Positions 23,707-37,815 of a stretch of DNA of 62,387 nucleotides are shown in pieces (position 1 is the first letter of the stretch; each line of letters opens with the position of its first letter). The stretch is from Nemertoderma westbladi (taxonomy: Eukaryota; Animalia; Xenacoelomorpha). The position numbers and the translations under genes were made by a program. The stretch lies in NCBI GenBank assembly GCA_032718475.1, contig JAUCBJ010008134.1, positions 1 through 62,387 of the forward strand. The letters run 5' to 3'. The notes under the pieces are model-generated. The model saw only the letters and a program-made list of their open reading frames with translations. It did no database searches and was not told the origin of the DNA.

Positions 23707-25210
23707 TTAAGATTTATGAACAGAATTGATATGGGTGTTTAGGTAGTCTTGCCGACTGAATTCTTTATTACAATAACCGCATTTATGTTTGATATCTTGG
23801 TGAGAATATTAGTATTATTATTCGATATGTTGTTTTAGCAAATTATTTTACACAATGAAAACAGTTTTACTTAATACCTTTATGAAAGTAGCTCACATGG
23901 GTGTTTAGATTCACTTTATGGATGAATTCTTTATTACAATAACCGCACTTATATGTTTGATATCTTTATGTATAGAGTCGACATGTCGTTTCAGTTCGGC
24001 TTTTGTAGCAAATGATTTACCACAATCGAAACAGTTGTACTTGATATCTTTATGAAAGTAGTTCACGTGGGTGTTTAGATACCTTTGCCGGCTGAATTCT
24101 TTATTACAATAAACGCACTTGTGTTTGATATCTTTATGTATAGAGTCGACATGTTGTTTTAGTTCGGCTTTTGTAGCAAATGATTTTCCACAATCAGAGC
24201 AGCTATACTTGATGATACCTTTGTGGGTAAAGTTAACGTGGGTGTTTAGACTCCTTTGACGGCTGAATTCTTTATGACAATAAACGCACTTATGTTTGAT
24301 ATCTTTATGTATAGAGTCGACATGTTGTATTAGTACGTCTTTTCTAGCAAATGATTTTCCACAATCAGAGCAGCTATACTTGATGATACCTTTGTGGGTA
24401 AAATTAATGTGGGTGTTTAGATTTGTTTGATAGCTGAATTCTTTATGACAATAACCGCACTTATGTGTTATATCTTTGTGAACGTATTCGATATGTTTTT
24501 TTAGTTCGGCTTTTCTAACAAATGATTTTCCACAATGAAAACAGTTGTACTTGATATCTTTATGGATGTAGTTCATATGGGTCTTCAAATTTCTTTGCTG
24601 GCTGAATTCTTTATTATAATAACCGCACTTGTGTTTTATATCTTTATGGATATCGTCAACATGCTTCTTTACATAATTTTTTATTTTAAACAATTTCTCA
24701 CAATAATCGCATTTATACTTATTCTTTACGTCTTTATGAACGGATTCTATATGTCTCTCTAAATTTCCTTTGTTATTAAATAATTCATTGCAATGCAAAC
24801 AGGAACTGGTTTCTGAAGAAGATACCAACTCCACAACAGTTTCATTAGAACTACCGGATTCTGTTGTTGCACAACTGATTGTCGCTTCAGTACCTTCAGT
24901 TCCAATAGGCCTACCATAACAACACTCTGGGCTGTCGTTTTCCTGTTTTTCAATAATAAAAGAATCTTCAGATGGTTCATAAGAAATATCTTTGTCATCT
25001 AGTACAGGGACAACATTTACTCTACCGAACAAATTGTTGTGATCTTCGATGGGAGATGATCCGTAAACGCAGTTCTCTTGTTTAACATCAAGAGAATAAG
25101 GGGTGGTGTCTGTTGGTTCTCTCTTTATAATTGTAGTTTGTTTGTTCTTTCTTTATAACTATATCGGCGCCAGATGATTTCTCTTTCAATAAATTAATAT
25201 GTTGATCCAT
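23707..25210 (-). pseudogene. C2H2 zinc-finger paralog of 14463-15971, frameshifted
   Basis: Same start MDQHINLLKE and end HKS*; 2-nt deletion near 25135, frameshift near 23950, one Cys-to-Tyr finger (CGYY). Confidence 0.85.
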
Positions 25211-27722
25211 TATTAAATCTTCAGTAAAACTTAATCAATACACTAAATACGGGTGGCAGTAGTTTAAGGTATGTCAAGCCCTTAACTATTATAAATTTTA
25301 AGCGAAACATTTATATTAAATACTGTAGTTGATATAAGGGCGTTCCAAAGTTACATGTAGCTAGCTGTAACGGAAAGGATCCGGTTATAGTGATAGCGGC
25401 AAGCAAATGTAAACAAAATAAAACTATCAATACATGAATTTTCACTACCGGATTAGCGTATCAGTTTGAACTAGGGATGGAACTGACAACAAAACAGAGT
25501 ATTTGGGAAATTCGAAGGACCGCGCGATGATGCAAAAGCATGCAACTTCACAACGCCAACATCTCGGCAATTTCTTGATAGCAAACTGATGTTTTCACAG
25601 AGTTAAAAAATATTAATCACCCACACTAAAATAGAACACCCGGTTTCATTTTTATAACAAAAAGTTAATGACATGTATGTGACAGGGAATAGGTTACATT
25701 GTTGTCAGGGCCCCAGGGCAAAATCAGCAAACGGTAATTGAAAATAAATAAAGTTATAATTAATTTTAAATATGTATCTTAACATTTTTACGTTTAAAGC
25801 CCATCTCCTTACTTCATGTATTGTTTGGTATATTTGTATTTCTCTATAAATAATAATAAGAAGAAGACCGGTACAAGACTGACATTAACTTCTGTACTAA
25901 TCAGGTACCAGTACGGTTCTAAATGACAGGTTTAAGGATATTTAGATTATTTACTAAATATGTTATTAGTATTGTCGATTCACTTAACGACACAATTGGC
26001 TCGGACGTACTGGGAACTACGTAAGGTCGGGATTGAATGAAATTACGAAAGTTCCTATGCAGCAAATTACGCCCGCGTCCAATCTTCGCCAGAGCAAAAT
26101 GTTTGGCACTTAATTAATTAACTACCGGTACCTAATAATTAAACAAAAACTTAAGTTCTTGTAACTGATTATGAAACTGTAATATGTGCATTGACTTCCG
26201 TTTATTGTTTTGGTTAGTTACAAGCCCTCAATCATTCTCATTTTATTAATACAATTTCAAAGCATTTTAAGAAGTACAATAAAGAAATAAAACATACCGT
26301 GTGTGTACTGTATGTTAGTGTGTACTGTACTGGCACCATAATAACAAAATAAATTAAATACAACAACAAGTAATGCAGAGCAACCAAGCCAAAGCATTTA
26401 TCCCAATATTACTATTTTAATGACTCTAATGGGCCACCATAGAAGACAACCCAGTAAAGCTTTACTTGGGGGCCTATATACTATGGAGTGCAGAATATAT
26501 AAAAAATCTATGCAAATTCCAGAAGGGAAAGAAATCTACAGTAGATAAATTATCAATAAACTATTTACAGTTAAAGAATCAACAACGTTATCCAGTAGAG
26601 AGAGTTCCAGATAGGTACAACCCTGTTAGCAAAGGTAAGTACTCAAAAGTGGAAACACCTATAGTTTTATTGCCAGAAACACGTATAATCATAATTATTG
26701 AGGAAGAAAACAATAGTTTAGCATATTTTTTTCGACGAAAATTCGTTGCTCCGTTGCTATGTTAACCCGAGCGGGATTTTTAAATTGCAGAAATAGATAA
26801 CAATTCAACCAGTGTGTAGGAGAGTGGAACAATTCAACCGGTGTGGCTGTGGAGACACTGCGTTGTACCGGTACTAGACTATAGACTTTGAACGATACCG
26901 ACTGAACTCTGAAACTGCAAGCTTGACCATTAGTAGGTGTGGCATTCAAGGCGATAAATGCTCCGTTAGATGGAAACCACAATCTGACAATGAGACTAAA
27001 CGACAAAACGAAGTTTGGACTTCGTCGTCTTCATTCGAAGTTTATTGGACATCAGCCTTCCATTCCTAGTTTATTTGGACTCGGCGACTTTGTTCTCGGG
27101 TTTACTTTTACTCCATGTGCCATCTGCCAGGTTTATGTACAACCGAGCATTTGTCACCGCCACACGTATTCACCATGAAGCTTTCAGTTTAGTCGGAATC
27201 GTTTACATGAGTAGTCTACTCTAGTACAGTACAGTACTGCGGTAAGAACGGTACCGGTACAAAACAGTGGATTCTACTGAATTACCTGATTACTGGCTAA
27301 ATTGTTATCAATTCTGTAATTTAAAACTCCAGCTCGGATTTGCATGGTAACGGGCATATGTAACGACCGCGACTGGTAGGCCTACATTGTAGTTAAAGTA
27401 AATAATTATGACGTTTAATTTTGAATTTTCGCAGAAAAAATCTAGCAAAACATAGTTCAGTAGTTTTCTGCCTCATTCTGGATAAAACTACATACCGGTA
27501 GGTGTTTCTAGCGGATGTTTCCGACCTTAAAACAAGGTGTTTCTTTCTAGCTGTTTCCTTTCCAGCATTTTCCAGGTTATTCCGCTCTTTATTACATACC
27601 GTACAGTCGTAAGCAAATGAGAATTTGGAGACGATATAGGCATATTCCATCTGTATTCTTTCTGTCTTTCTGGGGGACTACATACTGGCCTCTGGTCTCT
27701 GATCATAATGCACAGATGCAGT

Positions 27723-29649
27723 CAGGGCTGGCAAAAACCTTAGGTTTTTCAAAACAAAAATTAGGTTTTAGGTTTTTGTTAGGTTTTTGCAGGTCTTTGG
27801 AAGGTTTTTGCTGGTTTTTGAATGTTATTGCTAGGTTTTTGTAGTATTTCTGTCAGGCTGTAGGCCTATTTCTGTATTTGTATATTGATTGATTAGATTG
27901 ACCTGACAGTCTGACCTTGATTGGTTAATCAGTTCATTCTTTATGGTTAGATAAATTATATGGAAGTACAGCAGTATGGGGCCGCAATTGTTCAAGATTA
28001 TATTTTATACAGCACAGCACTGGTAGTTCAGTAGATAACTTAATTCGGGGTGACTTGATACATTGAGGTGACGGCAGGACGGTGACTTGACAGCAAGTTA
28101 TACTTTTTTTCTTTAACGGATTGTGGGTGATTGCGTGATATGATAAAAATTGAAATATTAGAAGATGTCTGAATAAATTGTCTGTCAAATAGTAAAATAA
28201 ATTTTGTCATTGCTTCGCATTTGTGATCACTAGAGCCAAAAATGCATTTTTCAAAAATTCACTTTTTTTCTATGTCAAAATATAGGTCGAATTTTTGACA
28301 CTTTGGGTTAATGTTGTTCAAAAATTATTTTTACAGATGCTAATAGATGAGTTTGAATATTATGATCTAAAAAAATTTTATAAATTTTCATATGAATTGG
28401 GGGTGGAGTGCCCGTTTTTTGAAAGTGTGTCTCAAAATGGGGTGACTTGATACATATTGGTTAACTGTAATTCATAGCCTCTTCGGCAGTACGGTAGGCC
28501 CCTATATTGAAGGCGAAAATGTTCTGATACCTGTGATTTAAACGTTGATTTTGCAAAATTTGTGCTTAAATTCATTGCTTTATTTGCAGTTTTATCTAAA
28601 ATGTTTTGTCTTATTTACTGGTGTCAGGATGTCACAATGCTGCAATGCAATGAAAGTCTTTTTCGTTTTTAAACTTCAATTTAACTTGTTAAATATGTTA
28701 TATGTTAAATCTTCTAAAATATTTTATCTTTACTTAAACCTGAAATTTGCAAAATTTGTGCTTAAATTCATTGTTTTAGTTTCCAGTTTTTCTAAAATGT
28801 ATTGTCTTACTTACTGGTGTCAGAATGTCACTATGCAATGAAGGTCTTTTTCGTTATTAAAGTGCAATTTAACTTGTTAAATATTAAATATTTTGCTATA
28901 AGAAATGAAGTTATTTTTAATTTTAGCCATAACTTTATATCCCCTTTAGGTGGGGACTTCGTTCTTTTTTTAAAATTTCCAAGATGTATCAAGTCACCCC
29001 CACAGCCTACAACATGATCCAAACTCATTCACAGAGTGGAAATATTGCGGAAAATTTGCTTGTGTATCAAGTCACCCCGTTATGTGGGGTGACTTGATAC
29101 AGCTGGTTTTTATGAAAAAAAACACCACTAGCTGACTAGACTAAGCACCTGAAGCTGAAATAGTACTTTAGTCTAGTGGTGTAGTACTCATCCCGACTAT
29201 AAAATTGTCTTTTTCAGTTTTTATTCCATCTGTGTAGGATAAAAACTTTAGAAGATATCTGGATATTCACAGTTAAAGGCAAAAACTGTATCAAGTCACC
29301 CCAAATTACGGTACCGTACCTTTAAGTCTACAATATATTAAAATAATCGATTTGATTTTTGTTTTAAAAAGCGGATAAGTCATTAAAGTCATTCGTGCTG
29401 CCAGCAGTGAGGTTTTATTGCATATTGTCAGCTTAGTTAAAGACAGAAACTCAAAAGACTTTAGTCTGTGAGTTTCATAAAAAAATTCCAAAATATTTTT
29501 GTCATCAGAAATTTTCAAAAAACAAGCAATTTGGCTCTTTTTTGTGATAAAAAACATAAGAACCTAGTTTTAGGCTTTTTTCAAATTTTAGGTTTTTGAC
29601 AAAAATCGACAAAAACCTAGGTTTACAAAAACCTACTTTGCCAGCCCTG
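27723..29649. mobile_element. hAT-like non-autonomous element
   Basis: TIR CAGGGCTGGCAAA / TTTGCCAGCCCTG; 8-bp TSD GATGCAGT / AATGCAGT. Confidence 0.85.
28041..29311. mobile_element. pogo/Tc1-like MITE nested in the hAT-like element
   Basis: TIR TAATTCGGGGTGACTTGATACA / TGTATCAAGTCACCCCAAATTACGG followed by TA; motif repeated internally; left terminus eroded. Confidence 0.75.
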
Positions 29650-29715
29650 AATGCAGTAGCTGAGTTGTGGGCCTAATGCTCTACCCTTGCCTACCGGTAC
29701 CGGTCGCCTTAACAA

Positions 29716-30408
29716 GGTACATACTAAAAGGTAGATCGATCTATAACGGGCTATAACGATCTATAACGGCGCTATAATTTCCTATAAAAAAGCTATAACC
29801 ACCTATAAAGAGCTATAATATGAAAATTTACATTAAAAAAACGCCCCTTGGGTGTGTTTAACTTTTGGATTAAAACGGTGGTCTGAAAAATACCTCAGGT
29901 TAAAAATTAGGGTAGACCTATCTGCCTATATGCCAGTAGGCCTATGCCTAATTGATATTGCTGTATTGGTAAGTTTTTTTTATTGCCTCTTGGCCTAGCC
30001 TATATCTGTATATTGCTCACTATATTCCTGTATTCTATATCGACCAGAACTGACAGCGGATTGCAGGATAGAGGATAGACAGAGAGATAGGAGATCTCTC
30101 CACTGCTGTACTGTCTGATAGTCAGATAATGCAGTACTCTGGTACAGTAGTGGTATGCTGACTAATGCAGTAATGACTGATTTCGTGATACCACAAAGAT
30201 GAAAAGCATTATAGACTGAAAATTCAAATTGCTTAATTAAATTACTGACTAGGAAAATAAATCCATTCTAAAATATATTTTTTATTGTAAATTTTCAGAT
30301 TATAGCTCGTTATAGATGGTTATAGCTTGTTATAGGAAGTTATAGCTGTATAGCCCGTTATAGATCGTTATAGCCCGTTATAGATCGTTCTACCTTTTAG
30401 TACGTACC
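29716..30408. mobile_element. MITE with 9-bp TSD (Merlin- or MULE-like)
   Basis: TIR GGTAC(A/G)TACTAAAAGGTAGA.CGATCTATAACGGGCTATAAC; TSD CCTTAACAA at 29707-29715 and 30409-30417. Confidence 0.88.
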
Positions 30409-31699
30409 CCTTAACAATGCTTTAGCATGCGGAACATAAAATACCTGTCTGCCTGTGCAACTATCGGCGGATTTGGACTTTCACGTTTTCATGAAACGCA
30501 AAATACAACCAGTGAACCAGGTAAGCCTACTGTAAAGTCAGATGCTAGTTCATGTACTGTACGTATAGTAGCTGCCAGTCAGTCAGCCAGTAGGCTTACT
30601 TAAGTCGGGTAGGACCATGGAATTGGAATTTAAATTTTGGAATTATTTATTAGACGTCAAATCAGCTAAAATTTACACAATTAAAATATAAACAATCACG
30701 ATAACATAATAAAATAGTTAACATAGTTATAACAATAGTTAATTTGTCCATCTATAATGGCAAATGTCCATCATATTGTCCGTCATGTTTTAATGCTTCA
30801 AACCGTGTAATTGTTTTAATGTATTTTAAACAATCCAAATCATGTGTGTCGCCAAAGTATCTGCCTCTTTACCGATTTCTATTTATTTATATTATATTAT
30901 ATGCTTATTTTATACTAACTCTTTTTATTAAATCTTTATACTTTTAATGTATGTCCTTTTATTTAACCCATTTTATTAAATCTTTATACTGTAGGAATTT
31001 TAAGTAAAATTTAGAATCCGCGTTATATTTTAATGTATGTCCTTTTATTTAACCCATTTTATTAAATCTTTATACTGTAGGAATTTTAGTAAGATATTTT
31101 ATAATCCGCGTGATATTTTAATGTATGTCCTTTTATTTAATTTTAAACTACTGTATTTCCAGGGGACCCCCATGGAAACCAGACATTTTCTCTTGGGGCT
31201 ATCCCCGACATCATATTTCAATTATATTTTAGTATAACTCGAACTACCGGTAGTACAGTCATATCATGTGCAAGTCCGTCTTAAGGGGAGATGATACCCC
31301 AGGCTATCATATCCCCATACATTTTACTATTAACACATATGTACCCATTACGCTGGTTCTACAAGATGGAATTCCATGAAAATTCCAGAATGGCGGAGTA
31401 ACTATCGAGACACAACTGGAACCTACAAAAAATTTGAAATTTTTTTTTGCGTTTATGTTTGAGGGTCACTTAATTCCAAAATATGACACATTTTCGAAGT
31501 TTATATAAGAAATACATTTGATAATTGTTTTAAACAAATTTTTTTTAGAGGTTCCACAATTGTGGCTCACTACAACATACATTACCTGCTGCAAAAATTT
31601 CAGCCAATTCCATCAAGCCGTTCTCGAGAAAAAGGTACATTTATTTCTAAATTTCACGAAAAATAAGATGTTGAGAAAAACGCATTTTAAGTTTTCAAA

Positions 31700-32040
31700 C
31701 ATTTCTGCTAATTTTGTGTCTGCCTGTCTGTCTGTTTGTCTGTCATTCTGTCTGTCTGTCTGTCAATCTCACATACAATAAATAAGTAAGCACACCACTT
31801 TACTATAATTTCTGATATGGGGGTTTTCCGAGTTGCGGATTTCATTTCCCATGTCATTTTTAATAATTGCATGAACCTAGACTGTCTGTTTAAGTCTGTC
31901 TGTACTGTATGTCTTTCTTGACAGACAGATCGACTTGCAGACAAATATACAGGCATAATAGACTCCTCCAAAAGGGGAAGATAACACCAGAAATGAAATC
32001 ACCGACCTTGAAAACCCCAACAGTGAAAATTTTAGTTACG
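31700..32040. mobile_element. Possible Helentron/HINE-like fragment (similar piece at 37231-37380)
   Basis: (CTGT)n/(GACA)n microsatellite beside an AAATC..CGAC...GAAAACCC motif; family call is tentative. Confidence 0.35.
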
Positions 32041-32975
32041 TACAGTCCCAATCCCAATAAACATTAACTTGGTCATTTTGGCGGCCAAAACGACCAAAAT
32101 GGCCAAATATAAATTGCGGCATTCATGAAAGGAACTTCTGAGGCAAGTTGGCTTGTCAATCACAGCCAGTGAATAGAGGCAGAGTGTAAGTAAAGCCCAG
32201 GAAGTTGGCAGATAGAAAAAGGCTTCGATTTCCGGACATTACCTCCCCAACCCCCCACCCGGACAGTTCCGTTCCGTTCCAGTAAGACACTACTGTTTTA
32301 ATAATTTCGCACGTTTATTTTTAATTTTGTAAGGTAAACATAGAACATTTTTATTTTCAATATTTTCTTGACCCTTTATTAACCTCGCTCGCACACGATA
32401 AATATAATGCATCGAGAATTAATAGTGAAAACATTTTAACTTTTTTTCCCATGTAATAAATAATTATTGTGTTTTTTATCTGTGTATCTGCGTTGAATAT
32501 AATTAATATATTGATAATTAATTTCGCTGGAGTTAATTAGAAGTTCGCTGGATTTAATATTATTTACCGTGGCTCAGGAGAGGTGTGATGGCTATGTAAG
32601 GTCATGTGTGAATCATACTTTGGCCTATAGGGTGAGTGTGCGTGCATGGGGTGGGGGGAAATTAGTAGATAATTCGGAATGTGAATCCTGTTTTCATTTT
32701 TTCAAACTGGACGCTAGTGGCCTTGCATGTTTTCACGTGACATACATAGAATACAGGCAAAAATACATAGAAATAAGCCCAACGCTAATAATTAACACAT
32801 GTAATGAACTATACAAGAAGGTACTGTTTCTCCTGTTCAAAGCAAAATCTAATCATGAATACTTTTTCACTGTAACTCGTAACTCAACCAATTGGTCCTT
32901 TTTCGAAGAAATTCTACATGGGCATTTTGGAGCTAACCCACCACTACTGCTTGGCTCACTGGAAGTGTATTTAGG

Positions 32976-35744
32976 GGTGTTCGGACACTTCCCCCCCGGA
33001 CACTTCCCCCCCGGACACTTCCCCCCCGCTCAAGTAGGACACTTCCCCCCCGGACACTTCCCCCCCAGACACTTCCCGACTTCCCCCCGCGGACACTTCC
33101 CCCCCGACTGTTCTTAACTTCGCACATTCTTATTTTTCATTTTGTAAGGTAAACGGACCGCTTGTATCCAGATAAGTTGTATACAATTTTCCTTTCGTAG
33201 CTCAGAAAGTGATCTTTTGCATCCCGATTTTACATTTTATATCCAAGTTTTATTTATGGGTTTTATCAATGCAATTACATCGTATTGTTTGCTAATCTTT
33301 AACCCTATTAAACCCGGGGGGGGGTCAATATGACCCCTCCCGTGGTTTTTTTATTATAATTCTGAAACAAACGCAGTTGGGAATCTGAAATTTTATGACT
33401 TTTCCTAAAAATCTATTGTCTTCCTAGTAGTGAAAACCGTTTTCAAAAATATTGGGTACTTTTCGAGTTATAGAGCCATTTTTTAACCCTACTTTTGGCA
33501 CTTTTTTTGAGACGTTTTTTGAAAATTACATTTCATTAAATATGAATTGTAACATCTCTATTTTTTATTTACACGGTTTTTTGGTGTTAGAAATTTGATG
33601 GAATTCATATAAATTGATTTAGAAATTTCGAACTTGTTTTTTTCGGTGGGTGCCAAATTTTGGTGCCAGCACCAAATTTTGAAATAAGTCAATTTGTAAA
33701 TTGATCGTTTGAAACTTGTTTTTTACGCAATTGGGGTTTTTTGGGTTTCTGGATTCGAAGAAATATATACGAGTTGCACCAAGGGTATCAAACTTGTATT
33801 TTTGGGTGCTGTGTGCAAATTTTGGTGCTAGCACGAAATTTTGAAAATCCATTCAATAGATAAAATTGCTTGTGAGAATTTATTTCTTGCGTTTTAGAGG
33901 TTTATGGCTGTTCTGAATTCAATGGAAAATATAATTATCGAACTAGACATCTCAAACTTGCATTTTTCGGATGTGGGTGCTAAATGTGGTGCTAGCACCA
34001 AATTTTGAAAACCATCAAATATATCAATTGATTGTGTCACCTTGTTTCTTGCGTTATACGGGTTTGTGATGGTTCTGAATTCAATAGAATCAGTAAAAAT
34101 TTCATAAGAGTTGTCAAACTTGTATTTTTCGCCGGTGGGTGAAAATTGTTGTGCCAGCACCAAATTTTGGAAAATATGCAAATTGATAAGTAGATAGTAT
34201 CACCTTGTTTCTTGCGTTATACGGGTTTATGAGGGTCCTGAATCCGATGGAATCAATAAAAACTGCACTGGACATCGCAAACTTGTACTTTTTGGTGATG
34301 GGTACGAAATTTGGTGCTAGCACCAAAATTTCCCAAATTACGCCGAAAAATACAAGTAGCAATGATCTAGCATATTAGAAATGTACTCCATTAGAATCAG
34401 CGCCCTCGAAAACCTGAAAATGTGAATTTATAGCATCGTATAAGTGAATTAAAAATTTTGAGTTCTAACTGAAAAGTGCTGGTTACTTGTTTTTTTCATT
34501 TTTTCCTACGCAGAGAGGACTAAACAGCCATTTATAGTAATCATATCATTTTTTAATATTTTCCAATGTATTTTACACCCCAGAAAACCTGTATTGAAAA
34601 ATAATTAGCCGAAAATGTAACTTTCAAATTTGGTGAAAATTGTGCACTACTTGTAATTTTGGTGCTGCAATATAACCACCCCAGTACATTTTTTCGAAAA
34701 TTTTTTTTTTCGGTCGGATCCAGACAAGTGATACCTACGTACAAACAAAAAATCAGACGTTTTCGTAAATATTTGTAGATTTTAGAGGGGGGGGGTCAAT
34801 ATGACCCCCTCCCGGTATTTGTACAACATTTTATAGCCCGGTACTAATAGGGTTAAACAATTAATTATATTAGATGACCTATAAATTCCATCACCCGAAT
34901 GATATACTGTTTTTATTAACTATAGAATTATAATAATTAATTGTTTTAATTATAGGTATTATTATGTAATTGTAGTAATTGTAATTGTAATTGCAAATTG
35001 TAGCAGATGGGGATGAATATTATTGTTGCAATCAAAATTATACCTCTCCAGGGTAAAATCGACATGCGTCGACCTGTATTCTGTGTTTAGCATTACATAT
35101 TGATAAATGAATTAAATTTCCTGGTTACTTGCAATATTTTTAATAAGATTTTGTTGAATTATATAATATTGTAGTAATTTATATATAAAATTGGTTAACA
35201 TTCAATACAGCTCCTACTTTAGGCTTAGTCAATTTATTATCTGATGATACAAACATGAATTAATTATTTCAAAGTGGTCTTAAGTCTTTCACCACGGGCA
35301 CTCAGGGAAATGCCGGGGTCTGAGGGCGATAACCCCCAATAAAAGAAGCGGGGGTTTGGGGGCGGCAGCCCCCAAGAAAAGAAGCGGGGGTTTGGTGGGC
35401 GGTAGCCCCAAACAAAAGAAGCGGGGGTTTGGGGGCGGCAGCCCCCAATTAAAAGAAATTAAAAGAATTAAAGGAATTAAAAGAAAAACAAACAAAATTT
35501 GACTATAAAAATGTTTCTTTTATAATTTTGAAAAAACTTGTCTAGATACAACTTGTCCTGTAACCATATTTAACTTTTGTTTATTGCTTTGATGCACCCA
35601 GATTAATTTTAACACTTTAACTGGGGGGGAAGTGTCCGGGGGGCAAGTGTCCGGGTGGGAAGTGTCCGGGGGGGGAAGTGTCCTACTTGGGCGGGGGGGA
35701 AGTGTCCGGGGGGGAAGTGTCCGGGGGGGAAGTGTCCTAGATCC
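32976..35744. mobile_element. MULE/foldback-like element with GGACACTTCCCCCCC subterminal arrays
   Basis: Inverted arrays at both ends, GG...CC termini, 9-bp TSD GTATTTAGG at 32967-32975 and 35745-35753. Confidence 0.88.
33303..34852. mobile_element. Non-autonomous piggyBac-like element with internal ~160-bp tandem repeats
   Basis: TTAA-CCCTATTA ... TAATAGGG-TTAA; GTGC(T/C)AGCAC(C/G)AAATTTT recurs near 33661, 33822, 33988, 34151 and 34312. Confidence 0.85.
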
Positions 35745-36714
35745 GTATTTAGGTAAAGCTCTATTGTAGGCTGTGGCTCTGTTTAAGCTTAGCTGAGCCA
35801 AGACGAGACATTAGGATGGGAACACGAACACACCATATTATCCTTCCCATATTCATTTCAATGGTAGCCAGCTTGTCTTTCCCGCACTGGGGGTAGACCA
35901 TTGCCATTGGTTAGCTGTATGCTATTGTTATACAAAGAGAGCGGCCGGATAAAGAGAAATGCCGACCACACTAATAATGGGCTGGTCCCACAGGTCACTT
36001 TAAGGTAGGTGGTACTTTAAGGTAGGGGGCACTTTAAGGTAGGTTAGGGTAGGGCGCCAGTCCCAAGTCGCTAGCCCATAGTCTGCCATGGAGTTCCTGT
36101 AGTAGTTTCAGACGCTTTCACTCAGTATCCTAAGTGTCCAGGAAGTTGGGAGTTGAGTGTGGGTTGGTGGATTGGTGGCCCCCACGCAACACCGCAGTGT
36201 CGGGTGACTACAAAACAAAGACCAACGACCAAAATAATAAAGACCTGTACAAATACAAAACACATGTTTTAACTTTCGTTTATTGTTTTGGTTCCCCAAC
36301 ACGTCTCTGTAACCTGCTTCTTTACTAACCTGCTCCTTTAAATAGCAATGTGACCTCACGCTCTCTGGCAATGGGACCTAAAGCTCTTTGGAACCTAACG
36401 CTCTTTGGGACGTTACGCGACTTTACCTCTTTGTTTTGTACAGGTCACAGAGGTGTGACGGGGGATTCAAAACAATTAACGAAAGTTAACACATGTAACA
36501 ATATTATGCAGGTCTTTATAATTGGGTCTTTGTTTTGTAGTCACCCTGCAGTGTCCACGAATTATACATTGTAAAAAAATATTAAAAAAAAATGTTTATT
36601 ACAGGGTGTATAAAAAAAATATTATTGAAATTAATTTCGGAAATTAACATCCCGAAATTAAATTATGGACGTCTATTAATTAGTTATTTCATTACGATTC
36701 TGATTGGTTGATAG

Positions 36715-36886
36715 ATTAATTTCGGGACGTCCATAAATTAATTTCGGGACGTCCATAAATTAATTTTGGGACGTCCATAAATTAATTTCGGGACGTCCAT
36801 AAGTTAATTTCGGGAAGTCCATATAGTTAATTTCGGGACGTCCATAAATTAATTTCGGGACGTCCATAAATTAATTTCGGGACGTT
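36715..36886. repeat. 22-bp minisatellite AATTAATTTCGGGACGTCCATA, about 8 copies
   Basis: Direct reading; related inverted units at 36630-36680. Confidence 0.9.
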
Positions 36887-37815
36887 CAGATTATTATACA
36901 TACTCCTCCTTTAACGAAGTCCCATTCAACTCCTTTTATAAGACTGTGTACTCTATCAATGCCTCAGTGGGCGGACTCAAGTACTGCAAGGCTCAGTGCC
37001 GGGTAAGTTAATAATCTGTCAATAATAAAAATGAAAGCGAGCCGACATTTAGTCAGATCCACCAAATGGATGGCCAAGGAGACAGACTGTCTGGATTGAG
37101 CTGATTCTAGTTAGATCGCTTCGCCAAAACGACCAAGTAGCCCATAGGAATACACTACATTTTTTTGGTGATTTTGGTCATTTTGGCCGCCAAAACGACC
37201 AAGTTAATGTTTATTGGGATTGGGACTGTAGTGTGATTCGTTATGTTTTTGACAGACAGACCGACAGACAGACAAACAGACAGACAAACTAGATTACGTC
37301 AAATTTGAAAACTGACCCCGGAAATTAAATCTGCGACGACGAAAACCCATGTAGCAATTACTTTAGTTAGGTGGTGTATATTTTTATGTCCATACTGTAT
37401 TGTTCACCAAGGATGTTATTGTACGTTACGTTAGGGTATTTTTTCAGGAATACCGTAGCTCAATATTTTTCCGTAACGTAAACCGTAACATAATAGCTTT
37501 TTCAATACCGTAGCGTAATATTACTGTATATTTTTACCGTAAACCGAAACGTAATAGCGTAATATTTGTTTTATCTACAAAGCAATCATTTTGGACAAAA
37601 AAGTAAATCTTTCGACAAAAAACTTTCACTTGCACGTTCTACTGTAGGCCTACATACTGTAGCTATTCAATATAAAGCTAAATGCTTTTAGGTTTTGTTT
37701 GTCTGTACACGGTATCCTTATAGCCAGCTTCCTGGCTTCTCCAGTTATTTATGATGAAGTTTTAATTAATAATTAATTAATAGTTAAATTAAGTTTTAAT
37801 TAAACATTAAGTTTT

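Larger units (their letters stand above)
32043..37228. mobile_element. Tc1/mariner-like non-autonomous element hosting nested insertions
   Basis: TIR of about 55 bp CAGTCCCAATCCCAATAAACATTAACTTGGTC..., flanked by TA on both sides. Confidence 0.85.

Noticed and set aside
26600-27230. GC-richer stretch with short ORFs and a faint WW-like motif on the minus strand
   Set aside because: Stop codons interrupt the frames I read and no motif is convincing
31281-31700. Possible Kolobok-like end (TTAAGGGGAG)
   Set aside because: No matching opposite terminus found
32569-33127. 182-aa ORF with GHFPP repeats (and 35520-35801)
   Set aside because: Translation of the GGACACTTCCCCCCC terminal array
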